A DNA stretch of 64,000 nt, from assembly GCA_965112155.1 (NCBI GenBank), contig OZ218098.1, one strand, 5' to 3'. This document shows positions 10,702 to 24,977 of the stretch, one piece after another. This stretch comes from Podarcis liolepis (taxonomy: Eukaryota). Within the stretch, counting starts at the first letter, position 1; every line of letters starts with the position of its first letter. Under the pieces are notes generated by a model. That model was not told the origin of the DNA. It did no database searches and saw nothing but the letters and a program-made list of their open reading frames with translations. The position numbers were made by a program, and so were the translations under genes.

Positions 10702-13700
10702 CTGTAAAACACAGAAGAAGAAAAATATCACAAGGGCACATCATTCCACCCACCCAGTGCCCTATTGATATAAGACCCAAGATGGCACAGATTCTCAAAA
10801 GAACTGCAAATCTAGAATTCATATCTGTGATACTGCAGAAGAGAATGACCTGCAGGAGGGGGTGCCCCTTCCTCATAAGAGAAGTTTGTACCTGATGGCT
10901 GAAATGGAAGCCCCCCACCATGGGAAGTAAGGGTGATGTGTTATGTTCTATTAGTGTGCTAAAATGCTCGAACATTTAAAATAAGGGGGAGCCCTAAAAA
11001 CAAGTGGCACTTACCAAACCCTTGGAGGACACACATTCCCGACACCTTAGATAAGTGTCATGATTCCTGGACTAAAACTATAGGTTATTGATCTATTTGG
11101 GGCAATATCCTCAGCTAAGGCCAAAATGGCAGCTGAACAAACAGCACATCTCTGTCACTTTCCTATTCAGTACTATAGGGCTAAACCCAAAGCACAGCAG
11201 GTACCCACTAAGCATCCCTTGTTAAAGTTAGATGCAAAAGGGTATAGGGTGGGCTCCCATACTGTTAATAGTGGTTCAAAATAGGGGCGTAGAGCAGGTA
11301 TATGTTTTCTTATGCCTCCATGACAAACTATACTTACTGAAATTCATTCTTCCAGAAAACTACTAATAATACAGGTGTGCTGGCCTTTGTAGCGGCTCAT
11401 ATCTAGAAGATACCTCTTCTCCCTCTTCTAGAATCAGAAATCTACTCATGCATATTGCAGCACAGGCACCCTATGAAGTCATTTCTCTTGTGATGTGTTA
11501 TGTCCAGGAGTGCAAGCTTTCACACTGCAGGACTTGAAGGAGCAACCATACTTCCCCCTCTAGACTGGGCAGGAAGTCAGTTCTTCCCCTGTAAGCTCAC
11601 TGAGGAGTGGAGAGACAGCAATTGGGAGGAAGGAACATACCGTCTTATAGTCCCGATGAAGCTTGCTGTACTGCCACATGTTGGTCAGGAGGCTGGAAGC
11701 AGCTCTCGACGACTTCTCACTGTCTGAGCTGGAGAGTAAAGACAGACACAACACATTGCAAGTGCACTTTAAGACACAGACTCTCTTCCTTCATAAACTA
11801 TTGGTGGATTTTATACTAGGTTACATCATGTCTATTAGTGAACCACTGAGAATTAAGGTAGCAAGCCTTAGACACATAGTGAGGAATTCCACATAACGCT
11901 AAGTGGGGTATGGACACAAGGAACAAGGTCTGCTTGTGCAGTGGGATTTAGCTACTCTCCTCCCCCCCTTGTGCCCCCCTGAATCTGTTCTGGGGGGCTC
12001 CCCCCATCTTCCAGAACAAATTTAAGGGCATAGAGGAAGAGAGGGGGGACAACTCAGCTGAATTCCTCCCACGTACTTATAACTAAGCCCTACTAAATTC
12101 AGTGATACATCCAATAGGCTTGGGCTACATTTCTGAGTCGGTCACAACTGGACCTAATGGTCAGGGGTCCCTTTACGTTTAGCTTTACACTTCTGGAAGA
12201 AAATGGGTCTGTCTTAACAAATGGGCATGGTCTGTAGGAACAGACTCACAGCTTTGCAAATCCACAAACACTCCCCTTAATAGAAATTTAGACAGGAGGA
12301 CATACTGTTTAGCAGCAGGTGGACTAATTTCACACCCTTGCAATTGGTATAAAGCAGCCAGATGGCCTAAAATGTGACTGAATATGGAGTTCTTGGAATT
12401 CAACTGGTGGTTTCAGCATATGGAATTGGAGGAGGAATCCCCAGGTCTTCCCCACCTGTCCCTTTTCTTCTTGATGTAGAATAGCTTCCGCAGGCCATCG
12501 AAGTAGACAATGTCACGTGCAGCAACAGGGCTTTCCACAACCAAGTTGTTCAGCACAGCAATAATGTTGACAACCACGTCTGTTGGAGGCCACTTCTCTC
12601 CAGAGCTGCCCGGAAGCTTCTCGATCAAATGACTCACCACCTTGGTTGCTGCAAATCAAAAACAAAACTGATCAGTGATGCAGGTGGCTACAGGTGAAGC
12701 CCCAAGGAATGGGACATGCCCCAGAAACACTGTGTGGATGGAGTAGGCAAGGTCATTCTGCATGGAGGACAGCGCCTCCCAGCTTTCTTCCAGGTCCTGG
12801 AATGGTGACCTTTGCTATATTTTCCAATTGGAATGACACTCACACATCTCATCCTTATTGCGCGCATTCCGGGAGAGATTCCGAATAAGTCCCGTCAGTG
12901 AACGAAGTTGGTGATGGTCAGCTGTGCGGACTCTGTCCAGCACTGGGTTCAGGATCCTCTCTTGTTCCAAAGCCACTCTGCTGAGCACACCAGCCCACTA
13001 CAATGAAACAGGAGCCAGCAAGAGGATGAGTTGTCAGCCAAGTCAATAAAGCATCTGAGCTCAAGTTGCAGATGTGGGGAGAGAGATTCCCATATCCCCT
13101 CTGATTATTGCTGTAACATTGTTTATCAAAAACCCTTGTGTTTAAGATGACTCCATGGCAGGTTTGCACAGCAATTTAGTGCTACAGCACAGAAAGCATC
13201 AGGCTATTCTTCAGGGGTAAGGGGGAAAGAGAACAGGAAGCTTTCTTCCCAACTGTGAATTGGGGAGAGCTGGTTATGACAAATGACAGAACTGGCGCTG
13301 ATATTTGGCTATTCCTTCTCCTTCAAAGTACACTTCCAAAACTATTTAAATATTTTCACTGGCCTACATTAGGGATTCTTAACCAAAGGTCCATGGATGG
13401 GCTTCAGGAAGTCTGTGAACAAAGGGAGGGGGGGAACCCTCCATTGCAACAAACGTTTGTGTGCATGTGTGTGTGTTTATGTGCATTTTTCTGGGAAGGA
13501 AGTCTATAGCTTTCAGCAAATCCTCAAAAGGGCCTGTGGGCCAAAACAGGTTAAGAACTATTGACCTATATACCTACAACAAGTATTGGGATACTGCAAA
13601 CAGAGAAGTCCGTCTGGCCTTCCCCTTCATCTACTCCCAGTGCTGTATGATCTATTGGTTCTTAGTCTTTTCTGTCCTAGCCATGTTTGGATTCAAGCAG

Positions 13701-16700
13701 GTAAGGGAGGCCTTGTCATCTCTTTTCAAATTTTGCACAAGCCACCTATGAATGCCTTTCTTCTCATCATCTGTGACATGGAGGGTGAATTCTCACTGCA
13801 GTGCCTGTTCAGGTCTAAGGAAGGTAAGGCAGGCACAGCCTGCAAGGGAAGTTCCTTCACAGGCACCTTCTCTTCATGTTTGCAATCTTAAAAAAACAAC
13901 CCTCTAAGTGATAGGCTGAGAACACATTGTGAGCCGCATTCACCCTGCTTAATTTCACACCATTTTATCCCAGTGTACCCAACAAGACTCTTGGTGGGAT
14001 GTTTCAAGCTGTTAACCTTACCCTCCGGTCTCCTGCTGTGATGTTCTGAAGAGCCCCAGAGGCTGCCTCCGTGGTGTGCTTGTTTAGCTCACATCTCTGT
14101 AGCAGCCTGTTGTACACTCCTATAATTTGAGGGTTCCACAGCCACTCCATCCCTTTGGGATCCTTCGAGACCTCTGTGAAAGTCACAATGTCTGAGTTCA
14201 TGTGGAGCTTGGGAGGGAAAGAGAGAGAATGTTCAATGACCATTCTATGGGGGTCTAGAGAACTGTTTTCTACCATATCACCCCCTTCATACCTTGCCCA
14301 GACCTCAGCTCATGCACTGTTTCCATCATGGCTGTCATCCATTTTTATGGACAAAGCTTCTCACGCCTTAAATCCACTTCAATCTCTTTTGGGATCTTAC
14401 TCGCTTCTTAATTGCTTCTCATGTGTTCACTTCACTGTATCATTAATTCCCAGCATTCAATGTGAAAATACTGGGAGGAGCTTACACCCCCACTGATAAC
14501 GCTCTGGATCTCCTTGGGGATGTCACCCTCCCACCCTGAAAAGCAACTTCTATTCTAGTGCTTAGATCAAGCAACAGGCATGATGAGGATCAAGGCAACA
14601 ACCACTGATCTGAAAGTTCTTCCCACTCATCTCAGAAATTGGGGGTTTCATTGTAGTTACTCAGAACCAAGCAAAATGTCTTCACATTTTCAGGGATACT
14701 TTAACAAACTCTTACTTCATATTCTGAGGATGGGGGATGAGCGCCAACAATAAAAACACATGTTTGGGCAGAGCCCCGGCACAAATTAAGCTATGCAGAC
14801 TTCAGATGCACAGACCCCTTCATAGGCTCACTTCACCATCTCTTAACATAATAACAACAACAATTTATTATTTATACCCCGCCCATCTGGCTGGGTTTCC
14901 TCAGCCACTCTGAGCAGCTCCCGACCGAATATTAAAAAGACAGACAATGCAGCAATTCCTTACCTTATGCAACATTTGCTGCCAGGCCCTTCTTTCTATC
15001 CCCCATAATAATACCATTTGCCCTCTCACCTCTCGAGCTCTCCTGCCCTGTGGGCTGAAGCATCCAACCAGCTCGCTAGTCATGTTTGGCCCCTCGCCCC
15101 TCCTTTGGCCTTCCAGTCTCTGGAGTGCAGAAGGAGGCATCTCATCATAGAGACGGTAGGAGAGGTTGCGCAGTACACAGACGGCATTCTCTACACTCTG
15201 TAGGGACAACAAAAGCGGGGGATGCTTTTAAACGAACCATTTACAGGAAATTTTCCAATGCAAAGTATTTCTTTTTCTTTCTTTTGGCAAGCCCTTAAGG
15301 AATTATGTTTTTAAGTGGTTGCTGTGGATTGTATTATAAGATGCTGTTCTGTGTAGATTTCAGTATTTTATGTATTTTTGTTTGTGTTTGATTCTTCTCG
15401 TCAGCTGCCTAAGGCAAAAATTTGGAGAAGCCCCAAATGTAAAATATTATGCATACACACACACATAATTTATATTTTGCCTTTCCAGTTTTTTACTGGA
15501 AGCAGCTTACAAGAAGACTCTTCCCTGGCTTTGGAGTCAGGATAAGGGATATGGGCTACATCTGTGCTTGGAGACATCTGCACTCCACTTCTGCCAAGAA
15601 TGAGAAAGGCTAGGAATGGAGATTCCCAGGCAGCTCTGACCCAAGGAGCAACCAAGCATATTTGATTGTATTGAACCAGTGCAGCCCAGGCACAGAAAAA
15701 TGCATTATTTCATGGTCTACAGAAAACTTAGATTATTTTACTTAGATGTATAGAAATAGTCAAATTCAAGTCTTTTTAAACCCACAAATCACATTTTAGC
15801 TGACTTGTTTGCTGCAGATACCCTGAATTTTAATGGAAGAATTCAATATACTCTTATCTGACCACTTACAAGCTAATACGACTTTTATTCTTTCTTGTAT
15901 TTTATGTTGCCCTTCCTCCAAGGTGCTCATTATAGCATACATGGTCTTCTGTGATGTAGGTTAGCCAAGTATCAGTGCTTGGCTGAAGATCATCCTGCAA
16001 GTTTCATTGCTAAGGGCAGATCTGAACCAAGGACATTCGAGCCCTAGTCTGATGCTCTGTTCACTACACTACATGAATAAGGGTTGCTTTACACTTTCCA
16101 TTTTTGGGTGTACACCAAAAATTCTATATGTATGTCTAAACTGAAAAGTGTAAAAAACACATTTAACACAGACACACACACACGCCTTGTGATTGGCTGT
16201 AGCACCAATCTGAGTGTACACTTGTTGGCAGACCTTGCTTTGTCTACGTGTAATGTGTGAAGTGGCTTGCCGTGTCTTTGGACAGCTTCCCAAAGTCTGT
16301 CTCAAAAGCTCATGTCAGGAAAAGTAACAAAGGAAGTTTTGACTTATGGCAAGGGTGGAGAACCTTGGGTCCTCCAGAAGTTGCTGAACTACAACTCCCA
16401 CCAGCCCTAGCAAGCAAAGCCAGTGGGCCAGTGATGATGACAGCTGTTATACAGTAATATATGGGGGGAGGGGGCAAAGGTTCTCCCCACCGACTTAGGG
16501 GGAGGTCTCCTACTTGAGGCAGACTATCAACCTACTCTTGGCTCTCTCAGAGAAAACATGCATGAGGCAGTCATACCAGAGAATAATACTCTGAAAGCCA
16601 GCAGTATCCATAGATAATTGATGCATGTTTTGCCCTTCCTGTATTATGATTAAGATGGCTTAAGAAACAGATGCCTTCTGCATGCTCTCTTTAAAAACAG

Positions 16701-19700
16701 AGTAATTTCCAAAACAGAATTACTCTTGACTAGAACATGAGCTGGGATCTAGAAGTCTGCTGCTTCTCTGCCACCACCTGACAAGAACAGATCTGGTGGA
16801 TGTAAGGAACAAAAGCATTGCCCAGCTTGGTACAGAAGAATGAAACTACAACCTCGGCTTAAGAAGATGGCCCCTCAATGATTTAGGGAGAAATCATTCC
16901 ATATCACAATTGTTTACATGTACAAGAATAACCACAGAGAACTTGGCCTTGGAATAAAGATCTCTTGGCCTTGTGTAGATAATGGTTCAGCCACAACTGC
17001 AGCACATTACAAGGCAACCAGCTAACAAGGGGAGGACTCACCTTGTCCTCTGACTTCCCTACTTCTAGTGAGCTATTAATGTAATTGACCATGGAGTCTA
17101 CCAGCCCATGGCATTCACGCATTTTCTGACGAGTTTGCTGGCTGGCAGAGCTAAGATTCCTAGAAGGGAAACACAAAAGCATGTCATCGCAAGGAATAAT
17201 ATTCCTGTCACCTGAGACCTGCCACCACATCTTAAAAGGTCAAATTAATTAATATACTAAATACAGAAAGCAGGAGATTCTGCCAGGTACATATCAGAGG
17301 GAAGCAGCATCTCTCGGGTAAATTATTCTGCTTGACCTGGCAGCTGCATATATATAAGGCAGAGAAAGAACATGATCTTGACAATGGAACCCCAAAAGTA
17401 GACTGCAGACCTAACCCTACTTACCTGAGAGCAAGGCCTGTTGAATTCAATAGAAATTGTCTCTGAGTAAAGATAGTTAGGACTGCACTTTGAGTCTCAC
17501 TGTCAGGGGCAGCCAAATGAGATCCATGCAAAGAGAAATGGGCAGGGCTGCACTGTCAGTCAAACTGGCCCATTTTACAGTCCACGACAGAGCCCCATAA
17601 GCTATTCATAGACACCGCTAATAAGTGTGACGTTCTTGGCTTTAAAAATCAAAAGTGCCGTTTCATTGTGTGCATTGTTTAACAGTTAAACATTGCTTAA
17701 CTGAAGTGCATTGTTTAACAGTCCCCTCCCAACCCCTTGCTTCTGTCCTGGATGGTGCACCAATTGATTGTTCATGCCATCTTAGTCAGCAGCAATGTAC
17801 TAAGAGAAGGGCAGAGTGCGAATGGCAACATTGGTGCCAGCTTACACTATGGACCACTTTGGCCTGCCATGGAAGCTTTTACAGTGTAAAAGCAGCACTG
17901 CCTCTGTTTCTTTAATATTGCTTCACCAAGGATATTGAAATATTGCCACATCATGCATAGCTTTCCCAAGTTGGTCTTATAAGGATCCAATAGCCATGGA
18001 ATATGTCTTTCCTTTAGTAAGGAGAAATACCTGAGGAAGCCAGTTGCATTGTAGAAGATTTCTGCCTCTGAGGCATTTTGCTGGATAAGAGCAGCATTGC
18101 CTGTCCCAGACAGGGGAATCAAGACCAGGTCTGTGAGCTTCTCCAGGGTGTCACGGGCCAGGCGGTCCTTGAGGTTATCGCTGGAAGACAGATTCCAGAG
18201 GATTCCTGCAGAGCAATGAGACAAGCATGTGTAAGGAAACTTCACTACAGAAACCACTGCTCCACAAGATGGGGAAACTCACAGCTTCCTGAGGAACTAA
18301 GCAGGAAGTAGTGTGTTTTTTTCATGCCTAGGTGGCTCCCATGTCCTATTAAATCATCATCACTGTGCAAAATGCTTCACAGTCTTTACACCCTTGTCGT
18401 CAGGATAAACCTGCACGTTAGGCCACTCATACTTTAGATTCACAGATAAGCAACTGAGGCCCAGTTTACAGGAACATTTCCTGACATGTGCCAGCAAAAC
18501 AGCAGGTTGCGGAGATCAGTCCTATGAAGGCCCTGACATCCCTTGACTTGGCCTGCTATTTCCTAGGACAACCCAGACCTAAAAGGTGTTTCAAAGCATT
18601 CCCACAAATACAGTGGTACCTTGGCTTAAGTACTTAATTCATTCCGGAGGTCTGTTCTTAACCTGAAACTGTTCTTAATCTGAAGCACCACTTTAGCTAA
18701 TGGGGCCTCCTGCTGCCGCCGTGCCACCGGAGCACAATTTCTGTTCTCATCCTGAAGCAAAGTTCTTAACCTGAAGCACTATTTCTGGGTTAGTGGAGTC
18801 TGTAACCTGAAGCGTATGTAACCTGAAGCATATGTAACCCAAGGTACCACTGTACTTGTCATGTGGAAACATGGCAATCTGCCACAGTGGCTTCCCCTTG
18901 TCACCAGCCTGGCACAGGGCAACTTTCTCAAGGTCACCCAGCACACCTATTCTCTGAACAGGGCTGTGAAACAAGGTACCTCAAGCCCCAGGCAGACCCT
19001 TATTTTCTTCAGTTCTTCATAAAGGGAAGAACTTTAGCTTAGGGGCAGAGCATCTGCTTTGCATGCAGAAAGGTCCCAGGGTTCAATTCCCAGCATCTCC
19101 AGGTAGAGCTGGAAATCTCCCCCATATGAAACCCTTGGGAGCTGCTGCCAGTCAGTGAAGACAACACTGAGCTATACAGACCAGTGTTCTGACTTGATAT
19201 AAGGCAGCTTGCTATATGTTCCTTTCCTATGAATAGCACATGGCTTGCTATCTGCTGAATGGTTTTACTGGAACTCATCATACTTCATTTGATTTGGGGT
19301 TCTATGTACAGTGGTACCTCAGGTTACATACACTTCAGGTTACATACGCTTCAGGTTACATACTCCACTAACCCAGAAATAGTACTTTGCTTCAGGATGC
19401 GAACAAAAATCATGCTTCGGCGGCGCGGCAGCAGCAGGAGGCCCCATTAGCTAAAGTGGTACCTCAGGTTAACAACAATTTCAGGTTAAGAACGGACCTC
19501 CGGAACGAATTAAGTACTTAACCCGAGGTACCACTGTATTGGGTGTTTCCTTGAAGTTGGTCATGACATCTCCAGACAGCTATCCCTTTAAACATTAAGA
19601 GTAGCTAGGAAGCAGCCTCCCACACTATGCTATTTAAAGTACAGTTGAAGTGAATTGGAAAATCAATGTAAAAAAGCAAATATCAATCAACCATGTTCAA

Positions 19701-21249
19701 AACCTTCTTATAAACCCTGCAAAGCAATTAACCAGTTCCAAAGGGATAAAATAACAAAGCACTGAAAATCCAAGTATCTGCTCTGCAAATTTTGCAAGAA
19801 GCAATTTCAAAAGAATAGCTATATTTGCCACTCAGTTGTATGCTTTTGTTCAATGGGCAAGGTGGCCTCAGGATTCCAATATACAAACACGAAACTCTTT
19901 GGACTGATATCCTGGAATAAGTAAGAAGACGTTACTTTCCTACTTATCAAATGAAACTAAGAAAATTTTCTATCTACATTAGTATTGTGAAAATGATGTA
20001 CCACATGATGCTGTGGTTGTTTAAATATATAAAATGATGGGTGGGTTGTTGTTGTTTTTTAAAGAGTAGATCTATTTGCTCCAGCACATTTTCAAAGCTC
20101 AAATCCACAACTACAGAAATTTCAAAATGAACAAAAATGCACCGTTCAAAAAGGGGGACATATTCTGTATTCTGATCTCCTTGTGGTGGCAGCACATCCT
20201 TCTATTCATATGGTTTCCAAGGGTATACCTAATTATTTTGGAACGGGTGCTTGAAGTGTTGATTCCTTGTGGCAAATGGATCATTTGAAGGTTCCATCCC
20301 AGTACAAATATCAACGTGTGTGTGTGTGTGTGTGTGTGTAAGATAACTGCTAATTTCAGTGGGGCCGCCATAGATGAAAATATTAGAATGTTGAGCTGTT
20401 ATCTCTGTTATCTGCTAACCACGCAAATCAGCCTGAGTGACAGGATGAGACCAAACAGCAGCCCCAGCAACTCCTCCAAGAAATGACAGCAAGAGAAAGA
20501 TGCAGACAGACGCCATGTAGAAACTTGTATGGATCCAAGCCCTGTAAGACTGTCAACATTACTGGGATGCTTTACTACAAAGACAAGAATGGTTGAGTCA
20601 CACGAACTTGTTGGAGCAAGACAGCCCTGCAGGCTCTGCCATGTGTCAATCGTGTTCTTCCAGGAACTCATCTAACCTCTTCCCTGTTGCAGTTCCTCAA
20701 ACCTGAGATCTTTCCTGCAGTACTGAAAGGATAATGTTTGACTTGCTCAGCTTTGTCCAGACCAGCTTGCTCTTTTTTCTTTACCTCTACTGGGACGCTC
20801 TACATCAACAAACAGACCAGATCCTCAGCCAGGCCCAGCACCATCTTTTGGAGGGGAGTGCTGGGCCATCTGCCCTCAGTGCCCCCCAGCACAAACCAGC
20901 CCCCCAATACCCACCATCACTTAGTTCCTTGGGCTGCAACCACTGGGCTCCCTCTTCCCCTAGCTCTGACATGGGCTCATCAGCCACTGCTCCGATTGGG
21001 TAAGCTGAATGGCAAATGCAACCATGAGCTCCCCCCTTGAATTCACAGGTGAGTAGGGTTACTCTATGCCAACACTGGCAGGAGGACTGTAAAGGGCTGA
21101 ATCAGAGCAGCCACCAGGCTCCCAGCACATTAAGGTGCTGCTGAGATAAGGGGCAGGGCAAGAAAAGTGTCAGTGCTGGTGTGCATGGACCCCTGGTTCC
21201 ACTATGTTAGTAGGATCAACAGATATTCTGGATACAATTTTCAAGGAAG

Positions 21250-21288
<39 letters not shown>

Positions 21289-22127
21289 TATTAAAATATG
21301 CCCCAGAGAAAAAATGCATAGTCATTTTGAGAAACAGAGTAACATAATAGGCAATGGGGAGAAATCAAAATTTTACTGGGGAAGCTCTATTTAATGGAGA
21401 AACGAGATCAATCAGGATAAGTGAGAGCTTGGTTCTCACAGAGTTTGCATTGCTGTGGAAGCAGAGTAGGAATGAGAGTTCAGCCCACAAGAGTGCTTCC
21501 AAGAGCCAATATTCATTCACACATGAAACAAAGCTAACTGTATACACCTCATGTTGGGATTGGATGGGGAGCACTAAGACATAAACCAGGGGAAAAGATG
21601 TTGCAGTTCTGGAGGAAGAAATCTGTATACAGATTTTAGTATGAAAGGGCTAAGTAAGTAATTGGGTGAGAGAAGATAAAGAAGATGAGGGAGGAAATTC
21701 CCATAGAAGAGTGAGTGGCAGGCATGATAAAAGGAGTCTTTTAACCTGCTTCAGGAGAAAACTAAAGGCATGGTGCAGATTTGGATGGGATTTATCCAGA
21801 CTGAGATTGTGCACTGGTGATGATGAAGGATTTGGATTATAGGGAAGGGAACTATTACATAAAAGCTAGCAAAGTGGACAAGTTTGTTTGATTTAGAAAG
21901 TGAGCCTTGCACAGCACAGCAATTCACCCTGTCCGACTGGGACAAGTGGAACAACAAATCAATAAATGCATCAGTGCTATGTTTGCTTTAAATGTTTTCA
22001 GATTACTGATTTGCCTATGACATGTCTCAGTAGGATACCCTGTATACAGGAAAGGTAAGGAAACATGCCCACAAAACATATTATAAATTTTGCCATGTCG
22101 GTTGCAAAAAGTGGGAGATCAGCATGT

Positions 22128-22159
<32 letters not shown>

Positions 22160-24456
22160 AGCTACAGGCAGGCAAGAATGCAGTTGTCTTGTCTCCTCCC
22201 CACCCCCAATCCATATATACCAGCAGCAAAAGGCTAATCTCATGCACAGAACGAGGTATGCCCTGGGCTGTGATATCTGGGGATTACTCTTTCCATCCTC
22301 TGATTGTATTCAGCTAAAGCCACTTTCACAGACTCCACCATGCTTGTAATAAGCGTTAAAGCTCATTGCATCATAGCTCCTAGACCTAACTTTCCCATTA
22401 GCCTGGTATTAGATTAGACAATCAGAGCCTGTTGGGCAGGATTAGGAAGGCCCTTTTGTAAGAGAAGCAAATGTAATCTCTCCTGTTGGCTGGACCTCTA
22501 TATTCAGTGCCCTTGCTCTCTCCCAGCGCAAAAGACAGTTGCAGACAGGCTGGAGTCAGGTCCCAACCCACACCCTGGCCCTCCCTACCACCTATATTTA
22601 TCACCTTCCTTTGCACACCATGACATACAGAGCAACTAGAGTGCGTAATCTGAGGATTTGGAACTCCCTCCCCCAGCCCACGAAGCGCTGTGGATTCTGG
22701 CAGGTTTTATGTTTTCCTCTATGAGGATTTGCTGGTGCTTATCCCAGTTCTCTTTGGGAATGGGCACGGGTGCCAATCTGAGCTCACAGAGTGTTTCAAT
22801 AAACTGGGAATTGCTAGTGTCCTGCTGATTTCTTCTGTTCACAGATTAGTGTGCCTTCAAGCTTTCTGTGAATTGAGAAATGAGACACCTGGAAAATTTG
22901 AGCTGAGTTGCAGGGGGTGGGGGTGGGGGGAGGAGAGTGGCTAGTTCTGAAGGGGACCTGGGACAAAAGGGAGGGGAGCAGCATAGAGAAAAAAGCTCTG
23001 GATGTGAATGTATCGAGTGCAGTGCAAAAGATGATGCAGGTGCAGGCAAGGTGATTCATGGGCCAAATGCAATTAAGGTGCATGGAAAAAGACCAAAGTT
23101 GTTCTTCATATACAAATTCAAATACATGCAGGTGTGGGCTAATCTAGTTTATTTGAAGGTGGGGTGGGGTGTGGATTTATTAACAGCAAAATACTGCTCA
23201 AAAGTAGGCAAGCCCTTACTTTGCATGCAGAAGGTCCCAGGTTCAATTCCTGGCACCTCCAGGAGAGCTGGAAAATTTGTATTGTATTGTATTGTCTCAG
23301 GGCAGTTCACAGTATTTCCATGTTCTTGCAGTTTTTGGCCCTGGTTCATAGTCAGTTGCATGTGTTAGTAATGCCGACCTTTTTGGACACAGGAGTTAAG
23401 AGCCCGGTTCTATAGTCCACTTGCTTGGGGATGCCACCAAAAATAGTTTCCCCAAGACATGTTGTCTCCCTCCTGCTGGAATATCTGACCACTACCACAA
23501 GGATCAGGGCCATCATGTTTCTGCTCTCCTAACAGTGGTAGCCAAACCCATGGAGTACAGGCAGACAGAATCCAAGCTGCAGCAAGCACTCCTAGGAGTG
23601 ACAGTAGGGCAGGGGCTACTCATGGGGAGACTATTTGGGGCAGCAGCTCTGTGGCAAATATAATGCGCAGCTCTAAGCACTAGAGAGCTTGCCTCATCAT
23701 AACTTGCCCGATGCAAACTTCTCTCACCTGTGACATTCTTGCGCAACTCATCATCTTGCTCGCATAAAGTGCGCATCAGCTCATAGATCCCGTTTTCTTC
23801 CACCAGGGCCAGCTTGTTTTCAGCATTGTCATAGATGAGGTTGCGCATGGCTCCAGTGGCATGGCGCTGCACCTCATGGTTGGAGTTGTTGAAGAGCTTC
23901 ACTAGTTTGGGCACGGCTTGGAGGCTGCGAGCCTGTTGAGGCAGAGAGACAGGGGCAGAAAGAGTAGTACACTTGTCAGAGAGAAACAAGAAAGCAGGTG
24001 GAACTTTTCAGTATGCCATGCCACCTAAGGTTGCCTGCTCTGTTCTCATTCCAGATAACTTACTCATCCCCACAGGCAAGAGCCCAATGCATCAGAATGA
24101 GTGCTGTTGCAGGCTTTTCAATGAGATGTATCAGTGACTAAACCTGTAGTCCACATTGGTCCCCCTGGGAAACAAGCTCAGGCCCTTGGCATGGCACGTT
24201 CCCAGTATCACCTTGGGATATGCCTCTGCTGCCTCACCTGTTTCTTGGCATCATTGTCGCTATAGCATTTGTGCTGGATGTAGGCAGCTCCAAGCACCTG
24301 TAGGTTGGGGTCACTGGCCATCAGGTATTTCACCGCAGAAGGGAGATCAATGTCATCAAACCTGAAAACCAAGGCCTAGTTAGAGGGGATAGTGTGCATT
24401 TTCCCATCTTCACCTCATTCACATAGAGCTCTAATAAATGTCCTCTGAATACTGTG

Positions 24457-24515
<59 letters not shown>

Positions 24516-24931
24516 TTTCGTAGATTTTCACGGGTACAGGAATGCAGGTTTTGGTGTCTTCGGGTGTCTTCCCGTGTAAGAGTTGGGGTGTCTAGGCGAC
24601 GTTTCGACGAGGTCTCACTCGTCATCTTCAGGCTGGTGCTTTCGGCTTCTTGTTACTGGAACAGAGCAGGATCTCAGTGTTTGAGTTCCTATAAATACTG
24701 TTGAGGGGGTGTGGTGTATAGCCTCCAACGTTCTGGGCAGAGAGGAAGTTCCCAGGTTAGTGTGCCTTTTCTTCTTTTGTTCCTTAATTACTTGAGGGAT
24801 ATCTTGAGTGATTTCTTGAGTGATATTCTGAGTACCACTTAGGTGGGTCATTAAGTGTGGATTAGTTGCTAAAGCTTTCGTGTCTTGACCTCTTGAGCTT
24901 GTGAAGAGTTTTTCTGAGAAGATGGCTGTAC

Positions 24932-24977
<46 letters not shown>

